In this document: one piece after another, positions 12,165 through 26,654 of the stretch
Layout of the letters: the number at the start of each line of letters is the position of its first letter
How positions within the stretch are numbered: the stretch's first letter is position 1
Assembly (NCBI RefSeq): GCF_028641065.1
Contig: NC_073385.1
Location: forward strand, 56,978,001 to 57,042,000
Direction of reading: 5' to 3'
Length of the DNA: 64,000 nucleotides
DNA from: Leucoraja erinacea
Lineage: Eukaryota
The notes under the pieces: model-generated
What the model saw: the letters and a program-made list of their open reading frames with translations, nothing else
Database searches by the model: none
Told to the model about the DNA's origin: nothing
Made by a program: the position numbers and the translations under genes

Positions 12165-13022
12165 AAGTATATTTCACACGCAAACTAGAGGAACAGCACC
12201 TCATATTCCACTTTGGTAGCTTACATCCCAACTGGGCGGCACGGTGGCGCAGCGGTAGAGTTTCTGCCTTACAGCACCAGGGACACGGATTCGATCCTGA
12301 CTACGGGTGCTGTCTGTACAGAGTTTGTTCGTTCTCCCCATGACCGGCGTGGGTTTTCTTCGATTTCCTCCCACACTCCAAAGACGTACAGATTTGTAGG
12401 TCAATTGGCTTGATATAATTGTAAATTGTCCCATATGTGTGTAGGATAGTGTTAGCTTGTAGGCACTGCTGGTCGGCACGGACTCAGTGGGCCGAGTGGC
12501 CTGTTTTCATGCTGCATCGCTAAAATAAACTAAACGATATGATCATTGAATTCTTCCATTTTTGGTCATTTCTACAAACAACTCCGTTCCCCTGCCCTTT
12601 CTCCACCCAACACTCTCCCCCGTCCCTATTCCCTCACTTCCTGAGCCGTAATTAACCTTGCACCAGTTCTCCCCCTCCCCCTCCACTAAAAGTAAATGAA
12701 TGCTTCACAATTGGTAACTAGGAATCCTGCATAGGCTCATACCTACTTCAACATATAAACTTTGTCCAGCAATCTGTCTATCAGGGAACCCCCTCACCTG
12801 AGGTCATCTGTTGCCGATCCTGATTTGTCCTGCCTCTTATCACTTCCATTTTTATTCCTTCCCCCCCCCCCCCTTCCCCCCCCATCCCGACTACAATCGG
12901 CCTGAAGTAGGGTCTCGACCCGAAATATCACCATTCCCTCCATAGATGCTGCCTGACCCACTGAGTTACTCTAGAATTTTGTGTCTATCTTTGGTATAAA
13001 CCACCATCTGCAGTTCCTTGTT
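12165..13022 (+). mobile_element. Penelope-like 3' fragment split by a V-SINE
   Basis: TRKLEEQHLIFHFGSLHPN (GIY-YIG C-terminus), resuming after the SINE and ending with a hammerhead-like core (12902) and terminus. Confidence 0.7.
12233..12535 (+). mobile_element. V-SINE (full length)
   Basis: gggcggcacggtggcgcagcggtagag head, V-domain, taaac tail. Confidence 0.88.
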
Positions 13023-13947
13023 ATTATTTCATACTTTTTTGTTTGCTTACGACAGAGAAGGAGGCTGTTTGGCCCATCAAGTTTATGCCGGACCCAACAT
13101 CAATCCCATCGGTCCCATTCCACCATTTTGTTCCCCGTAACTCCCCAAACTCCGATTCTCCTGCTGCCCGCCTACACCAGGGGTGATTTGTAGCAGCCAA
13201 TTCACCTGTGGTTGGGATTGTGGCTGGAATGTAATATCCCGGGAGGCAACCCCATGTGATCACAGGGAGAACCTGCAAACTCCACACACACAGAGCATTG
13301 GTGGGGTCAGAATTAAAGCCAGTTCACATCAGTGATCTTGAGAAGCCACAGGGGAACCGTATATCCAAGTGTACCATTGACAGACTGACTGGTGGTGTGG
13401 TAAATGGTACAAATGTAAAAATACAAACATAGGGTTACAAAGAAAGATAGTTCAGTTTTGTGCGTGGGCGAATGCGCCGCTGAAAAGGGCTAACAGATAG
13501 TTTTCACAAGTATCGGCTAGAACATGAAGAGGAAGTTGTTGCTGCAGTTATTTAAAGCCTGGCATAGATCACATCTTTAATTCGACATACAGTGGTGGGC
13601 ACTGCATTGGAAAAAGTGCAGTGCAGATGAACTTCAGTGTCGCTGCTCTGCTGAGGGTTAAATGCAAAATTGACACAAAAAGCTGGAGTAACTCAGCGGG
13701 ATAAGGGTGCGCATGGGTTTCAGTTGAGAGAGCTTACTGTGTTCAATACAAATATTCCATTGATTACTCCACATCAGATATTTGCTTTTGCAATAACAAA
13801 ACTAAAGAATCTACAACTATGGGGAAACTTAGGCAACTCGTAGCACGGCTGATTTTCACCTGGCAACCTCATTTATTTTAATAGCTAGCTTAAAATATCA
13901 GCAAAGAGCACTTTTCTGCACACTTTCAGTTACTCAAATCCTTTAGA

Positions 13948-14222
13948 GTTAAATCGAAGGTAGACACAGAATGCTGGAGTAACTCTGCAGGCCAGGCAGC
14001 ATCTCTGGAGAGAAGGAATGGGTGGCGTTTTGGGTCGAGCACTTCCTCAGACTGATGTCAGGGGAGTGGGCGGTACAGAGATAAAATGTAGTCGGAGACA
14101 GTAAGACTGGTGGGAGAACTGGGAAGGGGGAAGGGATACAGAGAGAGGGAAAGGAAGGGCTACTTGAAGTTAGAGAAGTCAATGTTCATACCGCTGTGGT
14201 GTAAACTGCCCAAGCGTTAAAT
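13948..14222 (-). mobile_element. Penelope-like element 3' end
   Basis: Reverse-complement homologue of 49520-49789. Confidence 0.75.
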
Positions 14223-15116
14223 GGTGGGGGCTTTGTAGGCAGAACAAAAGCCAGAGATTAAAACAAAAGATTAAAGAGTTGTGAAGCTGGACAAAGGAAT
14301 TTGTGTGGAGGGGGAGGGGAGAAATAGCCGCAAATCCAAGTATTCCCTACAATCTGAAGAAGGGTCCTGACCCGAAACATCACCTCTCCATGTTCTCCAG
14401 AGATGTTGCCTGACTCATTGACCTCTGTGTCCTTTGTAGTAAACCAGCATTTGTAGTTTGTTGTTTCTACATCCTGTTCTGTGTTTGCTCTAATTGTGTT
14501 TGCTTACAGGGTGAGGTACAGTGGCTGCCTTCAATGTTGGTGCCTGGACCCAGCCTCATCGTGGTTTGCTCACAGCTGGCCAACTCGGGCCAGGCACAAA
14601 TAATCAGTGGGTCAATCAGCACCTCTGGAGAACAAGGATGGGTGATGTTTTGGGACAGGACCTTTCTTTCCTGACCTGGAACGTCACCGGTCCATGTTCT
14701 CCAGAGATGCTGCCTTACCCACTGAGTTACTCCGGCACTTTGTGTTATTTTTATAGGCCAGCATCTGCAATTCCTCGTGTCTTTACAGCTATAGCAAGGC
14801 TGGGGGTGGGTTTGGGCATCCGACTACAAGCAGCAATTGAGTGGCTGTTTGGTTGTTCTCCACTCCCTGATTTAGTTCTGTGAGCACGGTCATTAAACTT
14901 GCTACCTGGCAGCCACGACAGCAGGCTAGAGATTAGATGTGGGAATTTCCTCCCGGCTCAGCATTCTTGCGCCAATACAATGAGATAATGTTAAGTGGCA
15001 ACATAGAGCATAGAACAGTCGAGCACAAGAACAGGCCCGTTATCTCACAATGTCTGACAAACATGACGTCAGGGAATAAAGAACCAACTCATAAACAATG
15101 AACTCATTGTTCATTA

Positions 15117-15788
15117 GTCACTGAAAGTAAGCATGCAGGTACACCAGGCAGTGAAGAAAGCGAATGGTATGTTGACCTTCATAACAAGAGGAGCTGAGTA
15201 TAGGAGCAAAGAGGTCCTTCTGCAGACCACGCCTGGAGTATTGTGTGCAATTTTGGTCTCCAAATTTGAGGAAGGACATTCTTGCAATTGAGGGAGTGCA
15301 GCGTAGGTTCACAAGGTTAATTCCCGGGATGGTGGGACTGTCATATGCTGATAGCATGGAGCGGCTGGGCTTGTATACTCTAGAATTTAGAAGGATGAGA
15401 GGGTATCTTATTGAAACATATAAGATGATTGAGGGTTTGGACACGCTAGAGGCAGGAAACATGTTCCCGATGTTGGGGGAGTCCAGAACCAGGGGCCAAA
15501 TTTTAAAAATAAGGGGTAAGCCATTTAGAACGGAGATGAGGAAAAACTTTTTCACACAGAGGGTTGTGAATCTGTGGAATTCTCTGCCTCAGAAGGCAGT
15601 GGAGGTAAATTTTCTGGGTGCTTTCAAGAGAGAGTTAGGCAGAGCTCTAACTTGCAGAGTCAGGGAATATGGGGAGAAGGCAGGATCGGGGTACTGATTG
15701 TGGATGATCAGACATGATCCCAGTGAATGATGGCGCTGGCCCAAAGGGCCGAATGGCCTGCTCCTGCACCTATTGTCTATTGTCTATA
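15117..15788 (+). mobile_element. CR1 LINE 3' portion, well preserved
   Basis: ORF 15245-15697 QFWSPNLRKDILAIEGVQRRFTRLIPG...TRG...FTQRVVNLWNSLPQKAVE, then 3'UTR and (CTATTGT)n tail. Confidence 0.92.
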
Positions 15789-16244
15789 ACCACCATGCTC
15801 AACTGGTCACTCTCTTATCTGCCTCTCCATGATCATTCCCTGCATATCCATGAGTCTCTTGTGCATTCCAAAAGTCTCTTGTGCCACTATCTTATCTGTC
15901 TCCACCATCATCCCCGTCAACATGTTCCAGGTACCCACCGCCCTCTGTGTAAATTATCCTGCCACGTACATTTCCTTAAACTTTGCCCCTCTCTCCTGCA
16001 ATAAATAAAGGTAGACAAAAATGCTTGAGAAACTCAGCGGGTGGACCGAAGGAAATAGGCAAAGTTTCGGGTCGAAACACTTCATTATTGCCCAACGTGA
16101 GACTTGGAACAACAACCTTGAGAAGTTGTTGCATCACAATCACGGTGGCCATGTCTGCTCCAATTTGGTTTGTCAAGTGCTGTTGCAACACAAGCCTGGG
16201 ATCAGCCCAACATTGTATCTCAATAGTAAAAGAGGAGTTATCGG

Positions 16245-16390
16245 TTGTAGATGAGGCCTGTCGCGGGTGGAACCTGTGTGGGTGGGACCTGTGGTAGGTA
16301 GAACCTGTTGTGGATGGGACTGTTGTGGGTGAGGCTTGTCGTGCGTGGGACCTGTGGTGGGTGGGACCTGACGTAGATGAGACCTATCGT
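16245..16390. repeat. GT-rich degenerate minisatellite (gtgggtgggacctgt-like units)
   Basis: Repeated gtggg/ggacctgt units of about 16-17 bp. Confidence 0.65.
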
Positions 16391-16394
16391 AGTC

Positions 16395-17345
16395 TCAGTG
16401 GAGCGCCGAAGGGGTCAATGCTGGGTCCACTGCTGTCAAATACATGAACAATTTGGATGACAATGTCATTAACATGGTTAGTAAATTTTCAGATGACATC
16501 TAAGTGGTATTTATTGAGGAAGGAGGAAGGATATCTAGATCAGTTGTATAGGTGGGCCAAGGAAAGGCAAATACAGTTTAAGTATGACAAATGTGAGGTA
16601 TTGTACTTTGCTATGTAAAACCAGGGCAGGCCTTGCATAGTAAACGGTAAAGTCCTGGTGAGTGTTGCAGAACAGAGAGATCTGGGGGTACAGGAGCACA
16701 GTTCCTTAAAAGTGCCAAGTCAGGTGGGCAACGTGATGAAGAAGGCATTGGCACGCTTGCCTTTTTTGAGAAGGGTATTGAATATAAAAGTTGTGACATT
16801 ATGATGTTGTTGGTTGGCCTTGGAGTATTTTGTGCAGTTCATGTTGCCCAGCTATAGGAAGGATGCCATTAGGTTGGAAAGGGCACAGAAGAGACAAGAT
16901 GTTACCAAGGCTTGCGGGCTTTTGACATAGGGAGAGGTTGGATAGACTCTGGAGTTTAGGAGGCAGAGGAGCGGCCTTACTGAAGTGTACAAGAACATAA
17001 GGGGTATGGATAAAATGAACGCTCAGTCTTTTATTCCAAGGTAGAGGATTCTAAAACTAGAGTGCATGGGCTTAAGGTGAGAGGGTAGAGATTTATGGGG
17101 AACATCACGGGCAATTCTTTCGCTCAGGGCAGTCCATATCAGGAATAAGATGCGAGGAAACGACAGAAACAGGTACAATTATGACTTTTAAAAGACATTT
17201 GAATAGAAAAAGGGATAGGAGAGGTTAGATGGCTGTGGGAAAAATGCAGGTAAATGGGACTCGCCCGATATGCCAATTTGGTCAGCATGGTCAGAGTGGG
17301 CTGAACAGCCTGTTACTGTGCTGCATAGCTCCATGACTATGACAC
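16395..17345 (+). mobile_element. Old CR1 LINE fragment
   Basis: Decayed RT motifs (GS.LGPLL, KF.DD), with many stops and a CR1 tail. Confidence 0.8.
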
Positions 17346-19614
17346 AGCAACTATAAGGCTCCTCACCTTCTTATCAGGGTAAACAGAGGGATAACTTCAC
17401 TATGAAGAAGGATCTCGTCCCAAAACATCACCCTTTCCTTCTCTCCAGAGATGCTGCCTTTCCCGCTGAGTTACTCCAGCAGTTTGTGTCCATCTTCAAT
17501 TTAAATCAGCATCTGCAGTTCTTTCAAGATTCAAGATTCAATTTAATTGCCACATGTACCAATTAAGGTACAGTTCCTACACATGCTGCCTGTCCCGCTG
17601 AGTTACTCCAGCTTTTTGTGACTATCTTTGGTTTAAACCAGCATCTGCAGTTCCTTCCTACACATAACATCATCACCAGTTCTCTTTACAAGGGGGATAG
17701 GTATTCTCGGGATCCCTGGCGTCATCCCTTCTGCTTTTTTTGTTGTTTTTACAGGAAAATTGGTGTCTGATATCAATGCCATGTGGGCTGGGCAAGTTTC
17801 CCTTTAGACAAAGGAAGCCCCATATCTATTACAAGACTGTTGGCAACCCAAGGTAGATGGCACCGATCTGGAATGTGACCCCAATCAAATCTGGACTGGT
17901 GGGTTTGGAAACATACCTGGCAAAGGTCCTCTGTGCATTCACTTTGTTCAGATATTCAATCCAGTTCCGGTAGATGCAGACGCTAGTCAAGATGGTGCAG
18001 CTGTCACTTTGTGGCCAATCGTAATCTGACTTCAAGCATAGACAATCTCTTTAAAAGACACTGTCGCTTGGCCTGAAACATACTATGCAAGATCAAAATC
18101 TCTGTTGTTTCCACACCTGTGGTCAATTCACTTGCTGTCTACAGGGAAGCCGATTCTAAAGGAGCGCACATCAAATCGACATACAATAGAAATCTCATGT
18201 GTTAAAAGAAATAAATGGCACTCACATAGCATCTGTCTCGACTGATATTGGTCAAAAGCATTTCATGGCCACCATTGTAATGCAGGAGAAAAGCCCCAGC
18301 TAATTTAGGTGAACTACAGTCTCACAAATAGCAATGTGATTATGGCCAGGGACTTTGGTATCATGATGTTGGTTGAAAGGTTGGCCAGAACATTTGGAAT
18401 AATCTGTTCTATTTTGCACAGTACTATTGTGTCTTTCACGTTGATCTCAGTTTGCACGTTGTGCTTTCTGACAATGCAGCCCTTGCCCTGCATGGCTTTT
18501 TACTTCCTTGTCGAAAATTTTGAAAATTATAAAGTTGATGTGTAATTTATAATGTCATAAGGTCATAAAATCATAATCTGCTTAACCCAAGAATTTACAT
18601 ACTGGGGAATATTGGGGGTTGTAAACAGCAGAGGGTAATAAAACTAATCAGAGGTATGGACATTTGTGATATCTATTTGGTTTGCAAATGGAAAAAGTGG
18701 TATTCAAAGTAACAGGGAGCATAAGGTTAAAGATAACTATGGAGAAACACAAAAAAGAAAATTTACAGAGACATTGATCAATGATGACATTTAAAAAATT
18801 AAGAATCCACAATTGACCTTTATGTTGTGAGAACATAAAAATGCTGTAGGTACTGTGAATCTTTGAAACACTTTGGGTTTCCCCAGAATGTTTCCCAGTG
18901 TTTCCCACTGTTCAAGAGACTCGCCACTGATCCAAGAGATGTGTTATTTTGTGTCTGTGCCTGTCTGAGCTGGGCCCCAAGTAAAGCCAGATACAGGGCA
19001 CGGGTATAACACAAAACCCCTTCTACACCGTTGTTACGTGCTAAGATCTCTGGAACAGTTCTTAGATCTGGAACCATGTGGACAAAGGCCACTGCACCTG
19101 AATAATTATTACTAAATCAATCTAGTTTTAGTAAATTAGTGAGGCAAGATGTCAGGGAGCGAGGTCTGAGGTTAGAGAGTTTGTGTTTGGACATGCACAC
19201 TCAGTGAGAGATTGGTAATGGAACAGGCCCACCTTACATCTGTTGCCAATTGTGCTCCACCCCCTCACCTCGTTACTACAAAGCAGATACTGCTGCTGTG
19301 GGCATAACCCAACAAAGCTATCATAGCATCTAGTGTCTTCCGTTGTTGATGTAACTTGGTCATAGCTACTCGTCGGAGACACCGGTAACAAGGTGGCGCT
19401 CCTGGTAGAGTTGCTACCTCACTGTGCCAGAAACCTTTGTGCAACTGACCTGAGGTACTGCCAATGCTGTCTTCTTGTGAAAGGAGATGAGGAGGAATCT
19501 CCTTACAAAGGAGATGAGGATGATTTCTGTAGTCAGAGGGTGGTGAAACTGTGGAAATAATTGCCACAGAAGGCTGTGGAGGTCAAGTCAATGGATATTT
19601 TTAAGGTGGAGATC

Positions 19615-20950
19615 AGAGTCATAGAGTGATACATATTATGGAAACAGGCCCTTCAGCCCAACTTGCCCACACCGGCCATCAATGTCCCAGCTACTTTAGT
19701 CCCACTTGCCTGCATTTGGTCCATATCCCTCCAAACCTGTCCTATCCATTTACTGTGTAGGTCCTGCCCTTGTTCGACGTCCGAAAAAAGAGACCCCAGC
19801 CTACTCAACCTCTCCCTATAGCTCACACCCTCAGTCCTACATCTCTGTATTAAATTTCATCAACCATTCCTCCGCCCACCTGGCCAATCGATCCAGATCC
19901 TGCTGCAATATTTCACAACCACCTTCACTATCTGCAAAACCACTAATTGTTGTATCATCAGCAAACTTGCTAATCTTTCCCTGTATGTTCTCATCCAAAT
20001 TATTGATGTAGATGACAAACAGTAACGGGGCCAGCACCGAACCCTGAGGCACACCACTAGTCACAGGCCTCCAGTCCGTGAAGCAACCTTCCACCATCAC
20101 CCTCTGCTTCCATCCATGGAGCCAATTTGCTATCCATTCAGCTATTTCTCCTTGGATCCCATGAGATCTAAGCTTCCAGAGCAGCCTACAATGCGGAAAC
20201 ATGTCGAAAGCCTTACTAAAGTCCATGTACACAACATCTACAACTCTGCCCTCATCAACCTTTTTGGTCACGTCTTCAAAAATATCAATAAGATTTGTGA
20301 GACAGGACCTCCCATGTACAAAACCATGTTGACTGTCCCTAATCAGCCCTTGCCCATCAAAATGCCATATCACCTATCCCTCAGAATCCTCTAGTAACAT
20401 TCCAACTACAGATGTTAAGCTCACCTGCCCATAGTTCCCAGCATTTTCCCTGCAGCCCTTCTTGAAAAGAGGCACGACATTTGCCACCCTCCAGTTTTCC
20501 GGCACCTCTCCTGTATTTAAGGACGACTCGTAAATTTCAACCAGGGCTCCCGCAATTTCCTCTCTAGTTTCCCACAATGTCCTTGGGTATATCAGATCAG
20601 GCCCTGGAGATTACCTACCTTCATACACAACAGTACTTTCAGTATTTCTTTGACGGTAACACTGACTGCTCCTAAGATACTTCCAGTGACTGCCCCAAGT
20701 TCCTACTGTCTTTCTCCTCGCTAAATACAAAGGAGAAATACTCATTGAGGACCTTGCCCATCTCCTGTGGCTCCACACAGGAGAGACCGCTTTGATTCCT
20801 GAGAGGTCCCACTCTCTAGTTACCCTTTTCCCCCTTATGTATTTATAAAATCTTTTGGGGTTGTCCCTTATGCTACCTGCCAGAGCTATTGGCCCCATTT
20901 TGGCTATTGGCCCCATTTTGCTCTTCTGATCTCCTTTTTCAGTTTACATC
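19615..20950 (-). mobile_element. CR1 LINE with reverse transcriptase core, internally deleted
   Basis: ORF 19837-20373: SQHGFVHGRSCLTNL, VDVVYMDFSKAFD, GVPQGSVLAPLLFVIYIN, SKFADD. Confidence 0.92.
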
Positions 20951-21996
20951 TCCTTTTTCAGATACATTCAGATACATTTTCTTTTTTGATACACTCTTGA
21001 TTAGTATGGGTGTCGGAGATTATGGGGAGAGGGCAGGAGAATGGGGTTGATATGGATAAGATAGATAGCCATGATTGCTCAGTGGAGTAGACTTGATAGG
21101 CCGAATGGCCTGATTCTGCTCTTATAACTTATGAAACTTATGAATGTGGAGTTTGCAAGTTCTCCCTGTGACTGCGTGGGTTTCCTCCGGGTCCACCGGT
21201 TTCCTCTTACTGTCCAAACATGTGCGGGTTTGTAGGCTAAATGCTCCAATGTGTAGGGAGTGGACAAGAAAGTGGGATAACATAGATCTAGTGTGAACAG
21301 GTGAGTGAGTGATGGTCAGCATGGACTTGGTGGGTCGAAGGGCCAGTTTCTAAACTAGACTACAGGTGGCCTGGGATGACGACACACAACATGTGCACTT
21401 TCCGGATTTTACCCGTTGAATCAGATTCTAACTTGTTACTGAATAACCAGCAATAATGAACTTAGCATTCTACATACACCAAACTATTAATTAGTAACCT
21501 TCAGTGTGAATGGTCTACTTGCAGTTGGAGCAGTGAGTCAGTGGTGGGTGTATGAATCAGACAAAGAGTCGCCAATCAATTCTAAAGACAATTAAGCTAA
21601 CCACAAATACCAGAACTTCTATCTGCTGCTGGCATCTTAGATATGCAATTCATAGATTAGTTAATTTGGCAATATTAATGTCAATAGTACTTACTGCTCT
21701 CTCCAAACATCCTGGTACAAGGCTTTTGATTTTCCATTTCCGGCATGCATCCGTGTAGAATGCCACTGTACACACAGATGGTGTTATAAGATTTAGGTGG
21801 TGCCGCATACCAGCTGCTGATGCCATTTTACTGTACAACCAAAGTGAGGTGTCACCTTCTTCACGCTTCTGCCTATCTGCCTCTCGTCTACTGCATAGAG
21901 TAGTGCTCTAACTACTTAGTAACCTTCTCTACTACTTAGCGTATATCATATAGACTTTAATAGAACATAGAACACAGTACAGCACAGGAACTGGCA

Positions 21997-22168
21997 GTCT
22001 GAAGAGGGGTTTCATCCCGAAATATCACCCATTGAGTCTGAAGAAGGGTCTCGACCCGAAACGTCATCCATTCCTTCTATCCAGAGATGCTGCCTTTCCC
22101 GCTGAGTTACTCCAGCATTTTGTGTCTATCTTCGGTGTAAACCAGCATCTGCAGTTTCTTCCTACACA
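21997..22168 (+). mobile_element. Penelope-terminus-derived unit with two tandem hammerhead-like cores
   Basis: ctgaagaggggtttcatcccgaaatatc (21999) and ctgaagaagggtctcgacccgaaacgtc (22038), inserted into a CR1 tail. Confidence 0.7.
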
Positions 22169-23811
22169 GGAAGAGGCCCTTCAGCCCACAATATCCGTGC
22201 TAAACAAGATGTTAACCAACTCTTATCTGCCTGCATATAATCCATGTGCCTATCCAAAAGTCTCTTAAATGCCACTAGCGTATCTGCCCCAACCATCACC
22301 CCAGCAGCGCATTACAATCACTCACCATCCTCTACGTATAAAACTTAGATATTTCTCCAAAACTATGTTGAAACGCAAAGATCTCACACACCTGAAGGTG
22401 GCTATTTATCTCAATCAGTCTACGCCGGTGTTTTTGTTCCACGTGAATATCCACTACTCTATCTCACCCTGTAAACAAAACCTCTAATCCTTTCTCCTTC
22501 GCGTTTAGGTGACCTTTAAATGGATCCATGTTTTTCATCTCAATTACTCCTTGTGGCACGGATTACTCTTTGAGCTGCACTTAACTAACTTCCTCGTGTT
22601 CTCTATTGAACGAAAGGGAGGAATAAACTAATGAATGCTCAGGTGCAGACGCTGGATGTTGAAAGTGCATCATGACTTACCTCTGATGGAGCTGCTTTTG
22701 TAGCTAAAGTCAGTGCCAGAGTTTGCACTGTGTGAGTGTACAATGGAATAAAGGAACTATACCTTTGCTAGAGAAAAATACATTCTTTATTCTAGGACCA
22801 ACTCATCGAACTAATGAAATATCTTTGCATTTCATAAAGTTCTCCAAGGATTCTATTGAAGCTTGACAGAGTTTTAGACATTAAGGAATTCATGAGGTTG
22901 TGTTGTCAGTGTGGAGTTCTCCCTGGGACCATGTGGGTTTACCCCTGGGTAAACCTCCAGTTTCCGCAACATCCCAATTGTCAGGTGTACATCCCCCCCT
23001 CGTGCGTGGGTGAGTGGTGGAATCTTGGAGAGAGTTGAGGGAAATGTGGGGAGAATAAAATGGGTTTAGTGCAAGATGAATGTAGATGGTTGGCAGACTC
23101 TTGGGCCGAGGTCTCCATGCTGTATCACTCAACCACTATTTGACAGTGAATATCATGAAGGGTTTTATGAAAGTGAATGAGCAGAAACAATTTCTGATCG
23201 GTAACCAGAGAGCCACTGATGCAAATGGAAAAATACTCGAGTGCAAAGAAAATTATGCAGCTATTTATGATAAATTCCTTCTAGTGGATGCCTGCTTTTC
23301 TACACTGGCTGCACTTCAAAGTATTTAATAGATTAAAGGCACTTTGGAATGCCCTGCGGTTGGGAAACATATTATAAATACCCACGTCCGATGTTTCTCC
23401 CTGAATTAAACAGGGAGGTGACTCTCTCCGCTGTGAGAGCACCCCAAGGCTGTTTTAGTTAACAGCTTTGTTGAGGCATGATTGTTTATATTTCTCTTTT
23501 ACTTGTTGACACTGGCGTCAAGTTCTGACTGCGGATTCTGCCTGAGTTTTTGGAGTTTTCACAATTTTACCACATTTTATCACTCATGCTTTAAATGTCA
23601 GGAGTGGAGAACTGGCGCCGAGCCAATCCATGATGCAACTTCGTAACCGCAAATGGAAAGGGACACTGTGGCGTCATGCATCTAACTTATTCACTCCTGT
23701 TCTGCATTATGGAAGAGGAAAAATCTAAAATGTATTATAAGGTAATTTCTTCTGGTACATCAGGCCGTGGCTAAAAGTTTTAGAGTTAATAAGGTGCTTT
23801 CAAAGTGCAGA

Positions 23812-24133
23812 TTAGTTCAGTTTAAAGATACAGCATGGAAACAGACCTGTTGGCCCACCGAGTCCACGCTGACTATTGATCGCCCATTCACACTAGTTTA
23901 TCCCACTTTCTCATTCACTGTCTACACACGAGTTGCAATTTATCGAGGCCAATCAACCTACAAACCCGCAGGTCTTTCGGATGTAGGAGGAAACCGTGGC
24001 GTCCGTAGGAAGCCCACACGGTCACAGGGAGAGCGTGCAACGTCCATAGAGACAGCACCCAAGGTCAGGATCAAACCCGAGTCTCTGGCACTGTTAGGCA
24101 GCAGTTCTCCCAGCTATGTCTCTGTGCCACCCT
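23812..24133 (-). mobile_element. V-SINE
   Basis: Reverse complement of the V-SINE head, body and tail. Confidence 0.8.
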
Positions 24134-25187
24134 ATTACGTTAAGTAGCTAATACTTAAGTGTCGTTAAGTAGCAAAATATGGCAGGACATTTGTACACAG
24201 ATGTCCTCCACAAATATGGATAGGAAAGGTTTAGAGGGATATGGTCTACTAGCAGGCCCTTGGGATCAGCTCATACATTGATACATTGGTCAGCACGGAC
24301 ATGTCGGCTGGAAGGACCTGTTTGTGTGCTGTGTAACTAATAATTAGCATGATAATATTTCTAAATGAGAAAACCACAAATGTTTGAGATACTCGACATT
24401 TGTGAAGAGAGAAACAAGGTTTCCAAATTTATCTCCCTCCCTTTTCATCTCCGACAGATGGGTCAGCACCATTAATAAATATTCACCACCCATCCTGGGC
24501 AGCACCAACAGCATCTCCAGCTAGAGCCTCCTGGTTTCCATTTTATCACAGATGTAGCCTTCTTTCCCTGAAGGACTTACCCTCCATTGCTCACGGTTTT
24601 TCACTCCACTAGTTCTGATCAGTGCCATCAATATAAAACATTCCATTTTTCTGTTGATCACTTTAACAATGCTAACCCTGGGGTATATATTGGACATGAT
24701 TGCAGGGGAAGGAAACTCCCAGCTACTTTTTAAAGCAGTACTGCATCTTTAATAAACATCTGAGAGAAGCAGATAAGCTTGGCGTTCGTTGACTTGGCTT
24801 TCGTTGACGTTACTGTTGTTCAGCATGATTTTCTTGAGTAAGACCATGAGGCCTGGTCTCAAAAGTGCCTTGTTCGACGGCTCCCCCCGCCGCCCATCCC
24901 CCATCCCCCATAAGCTGGGCAAGGTTGACACTCCCCCAGCGACACAAGACTTGATCCTCACCTAGTGCCTCAGCAATCACCCCCAGGTTAGAGTCATACA
25001 ACTATACATCATGGAAACAGGCCCCTCGGCCCAACTTGCCCATGCTGATGAAGTTACTAAAATGAATTAGCCCCACTTGTGTCTGCCTCACATTGCTCCA
25101 AATCTTTCCTATCCATGTACCTGACCAAATGTCTTTTAAATGGCATAATTGTTCACATCCCCACCACTTCCTTGGGGAGCTCATCCC

Positions 25188-25615
25188 ATACTCGGCTTGT
25201 ACTCGCTAGAATTTAGAAGGTTGAGGGGGGATCTTATAGAAAGTTACAAAATTCTTAAGGGGTTGGACAGGCTAGATGCAGGAAGATTGTTCCCGATGTT
25301 GGGGAAGTCCAGAACAAGGGGTCACAGTTTAAGGATAAGGGGGAAATCTTTTAGGACTGAGATGAGAAAAACATTTTTTACCCAGAGAGTGGTGAATCTC
25401 TGGAATTCTCTGCCACAGAATGTAGTTGAGGCCAGTTCATTGGCTATATTTAAGAGAGAGTTAGATGTGGCCCTTGTGGCTAAAGGGATCAGGGGGTATG
25501 GAGAGAAAGCAGGTACAGGATACTGAGTTGGATGATCAGCCATGATCATATTGAATGGCGGTGCAGGCTTGAAGGGCCGAATGGCCTACTCCTGCACCTA
25601 TTTTCTATGTTTCTA
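25188..25615 (+). mobile_element. Young CR1 LINE 3' end nested in an older antisense CR1
   Basis: LGLYSLEFRRLRGDLIE...GYGEKAGTGY*, highly similar to 29060-29445. The flanks (24990-25187, 25616-26300) are minus-strand CR1. Confidence 0.9.
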
Positions 25616-26300
25616 TACTCTCTATGTGAGGTTACCTCTCAAATCCCTTTTAAATCTTTCCCCCTGACCGTAAACCAATGCCGACTAGTTTGTGACTGCC
25701 CTACCTGTGGCTGCTCTCCTTACCCATGCCCCCCATGATTTTTTTATACCTCTACAGGACCTTCTACACATCAGTGAAAAAATACCCTACCTCGGTATTA
25801 AACTTCACCTGCCAGACGTTGACCCATTTGCCCAGTTGATTAAGATTCCATTGTAATCTTAGATAACCTTCTTCACTGTCCACTATGCTGTTAAGTTTAC
25901 AAACCATGTCACCTACATTTTCATCCAAATCATCAATATGTGCACCCAGCACCGATCCTTGAGGTGCACCACTTGTAACAGGCGTCCAGTTTGAAAAACA
26001 ACACTCTAACACCATCCTCTCTTCCCTGCTTTCCTGTCATTTGTATCCTTTTTGTATCCAATTGGCCAGCTTGCTCTGGATCCCTTTTAATCTAACCTTC
26101 CAAACTAGCCTCCCATGCAGGACCTTGCCAAAGGCTTTGCTAAAGTCCATATAGATAACATGTACTGTGCTGGCCTACCCCAACATCTTGATCACGTCTA
26201 CCAATAACTTAATTAAATTGGCGAGGCATGATTTCTCATGCACAAAGCTATGCTGGCGATCCCTAATTAGTCCTTGCCAAACCAAATGGACCCATAGAAT
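25616..26300 (-). mobile_element. Old CR1 LINE fragment
   Basis: WTPVTSGAPQGSVLG RT motif. Confidence 0.8.
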
Positions 26301-26654
26301 CATACAGAAAGGTACCAAGATGCCATGTCCAACCCAGTCCCTCCTAGTTGTGTTTGGCCCACATCCTTCTAAACATTTGTGATATGGATTCTCTTTAAAA
26401 CATCACTATTATCTTTCTGAGATCCCTATAGCATCTAAGTCTTTCTCCAAGGTAAACTCAGACAAGAAATATTTATTTAACACCCCACTCATCTCCTGTG
26501 GCTCCACACATAATAAAGCTTATTGATCTTTAAAGACCCTGTTCTCTCCCTAATCACTCTTTCTCCCTTAATATACACGTTGAATCTGTTTGGATTCTCC
26601 TTTAGCTTATCTGCCAAATGTATCACATGTCCTCTGTTGTCACATCATATCTCA

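Noticed and set aside
19837-20373. Reverse transcriptase ORF as a functional or domesticated gene
   Set aside because: It is an internally deleted, frameshifted CR1 fragment.
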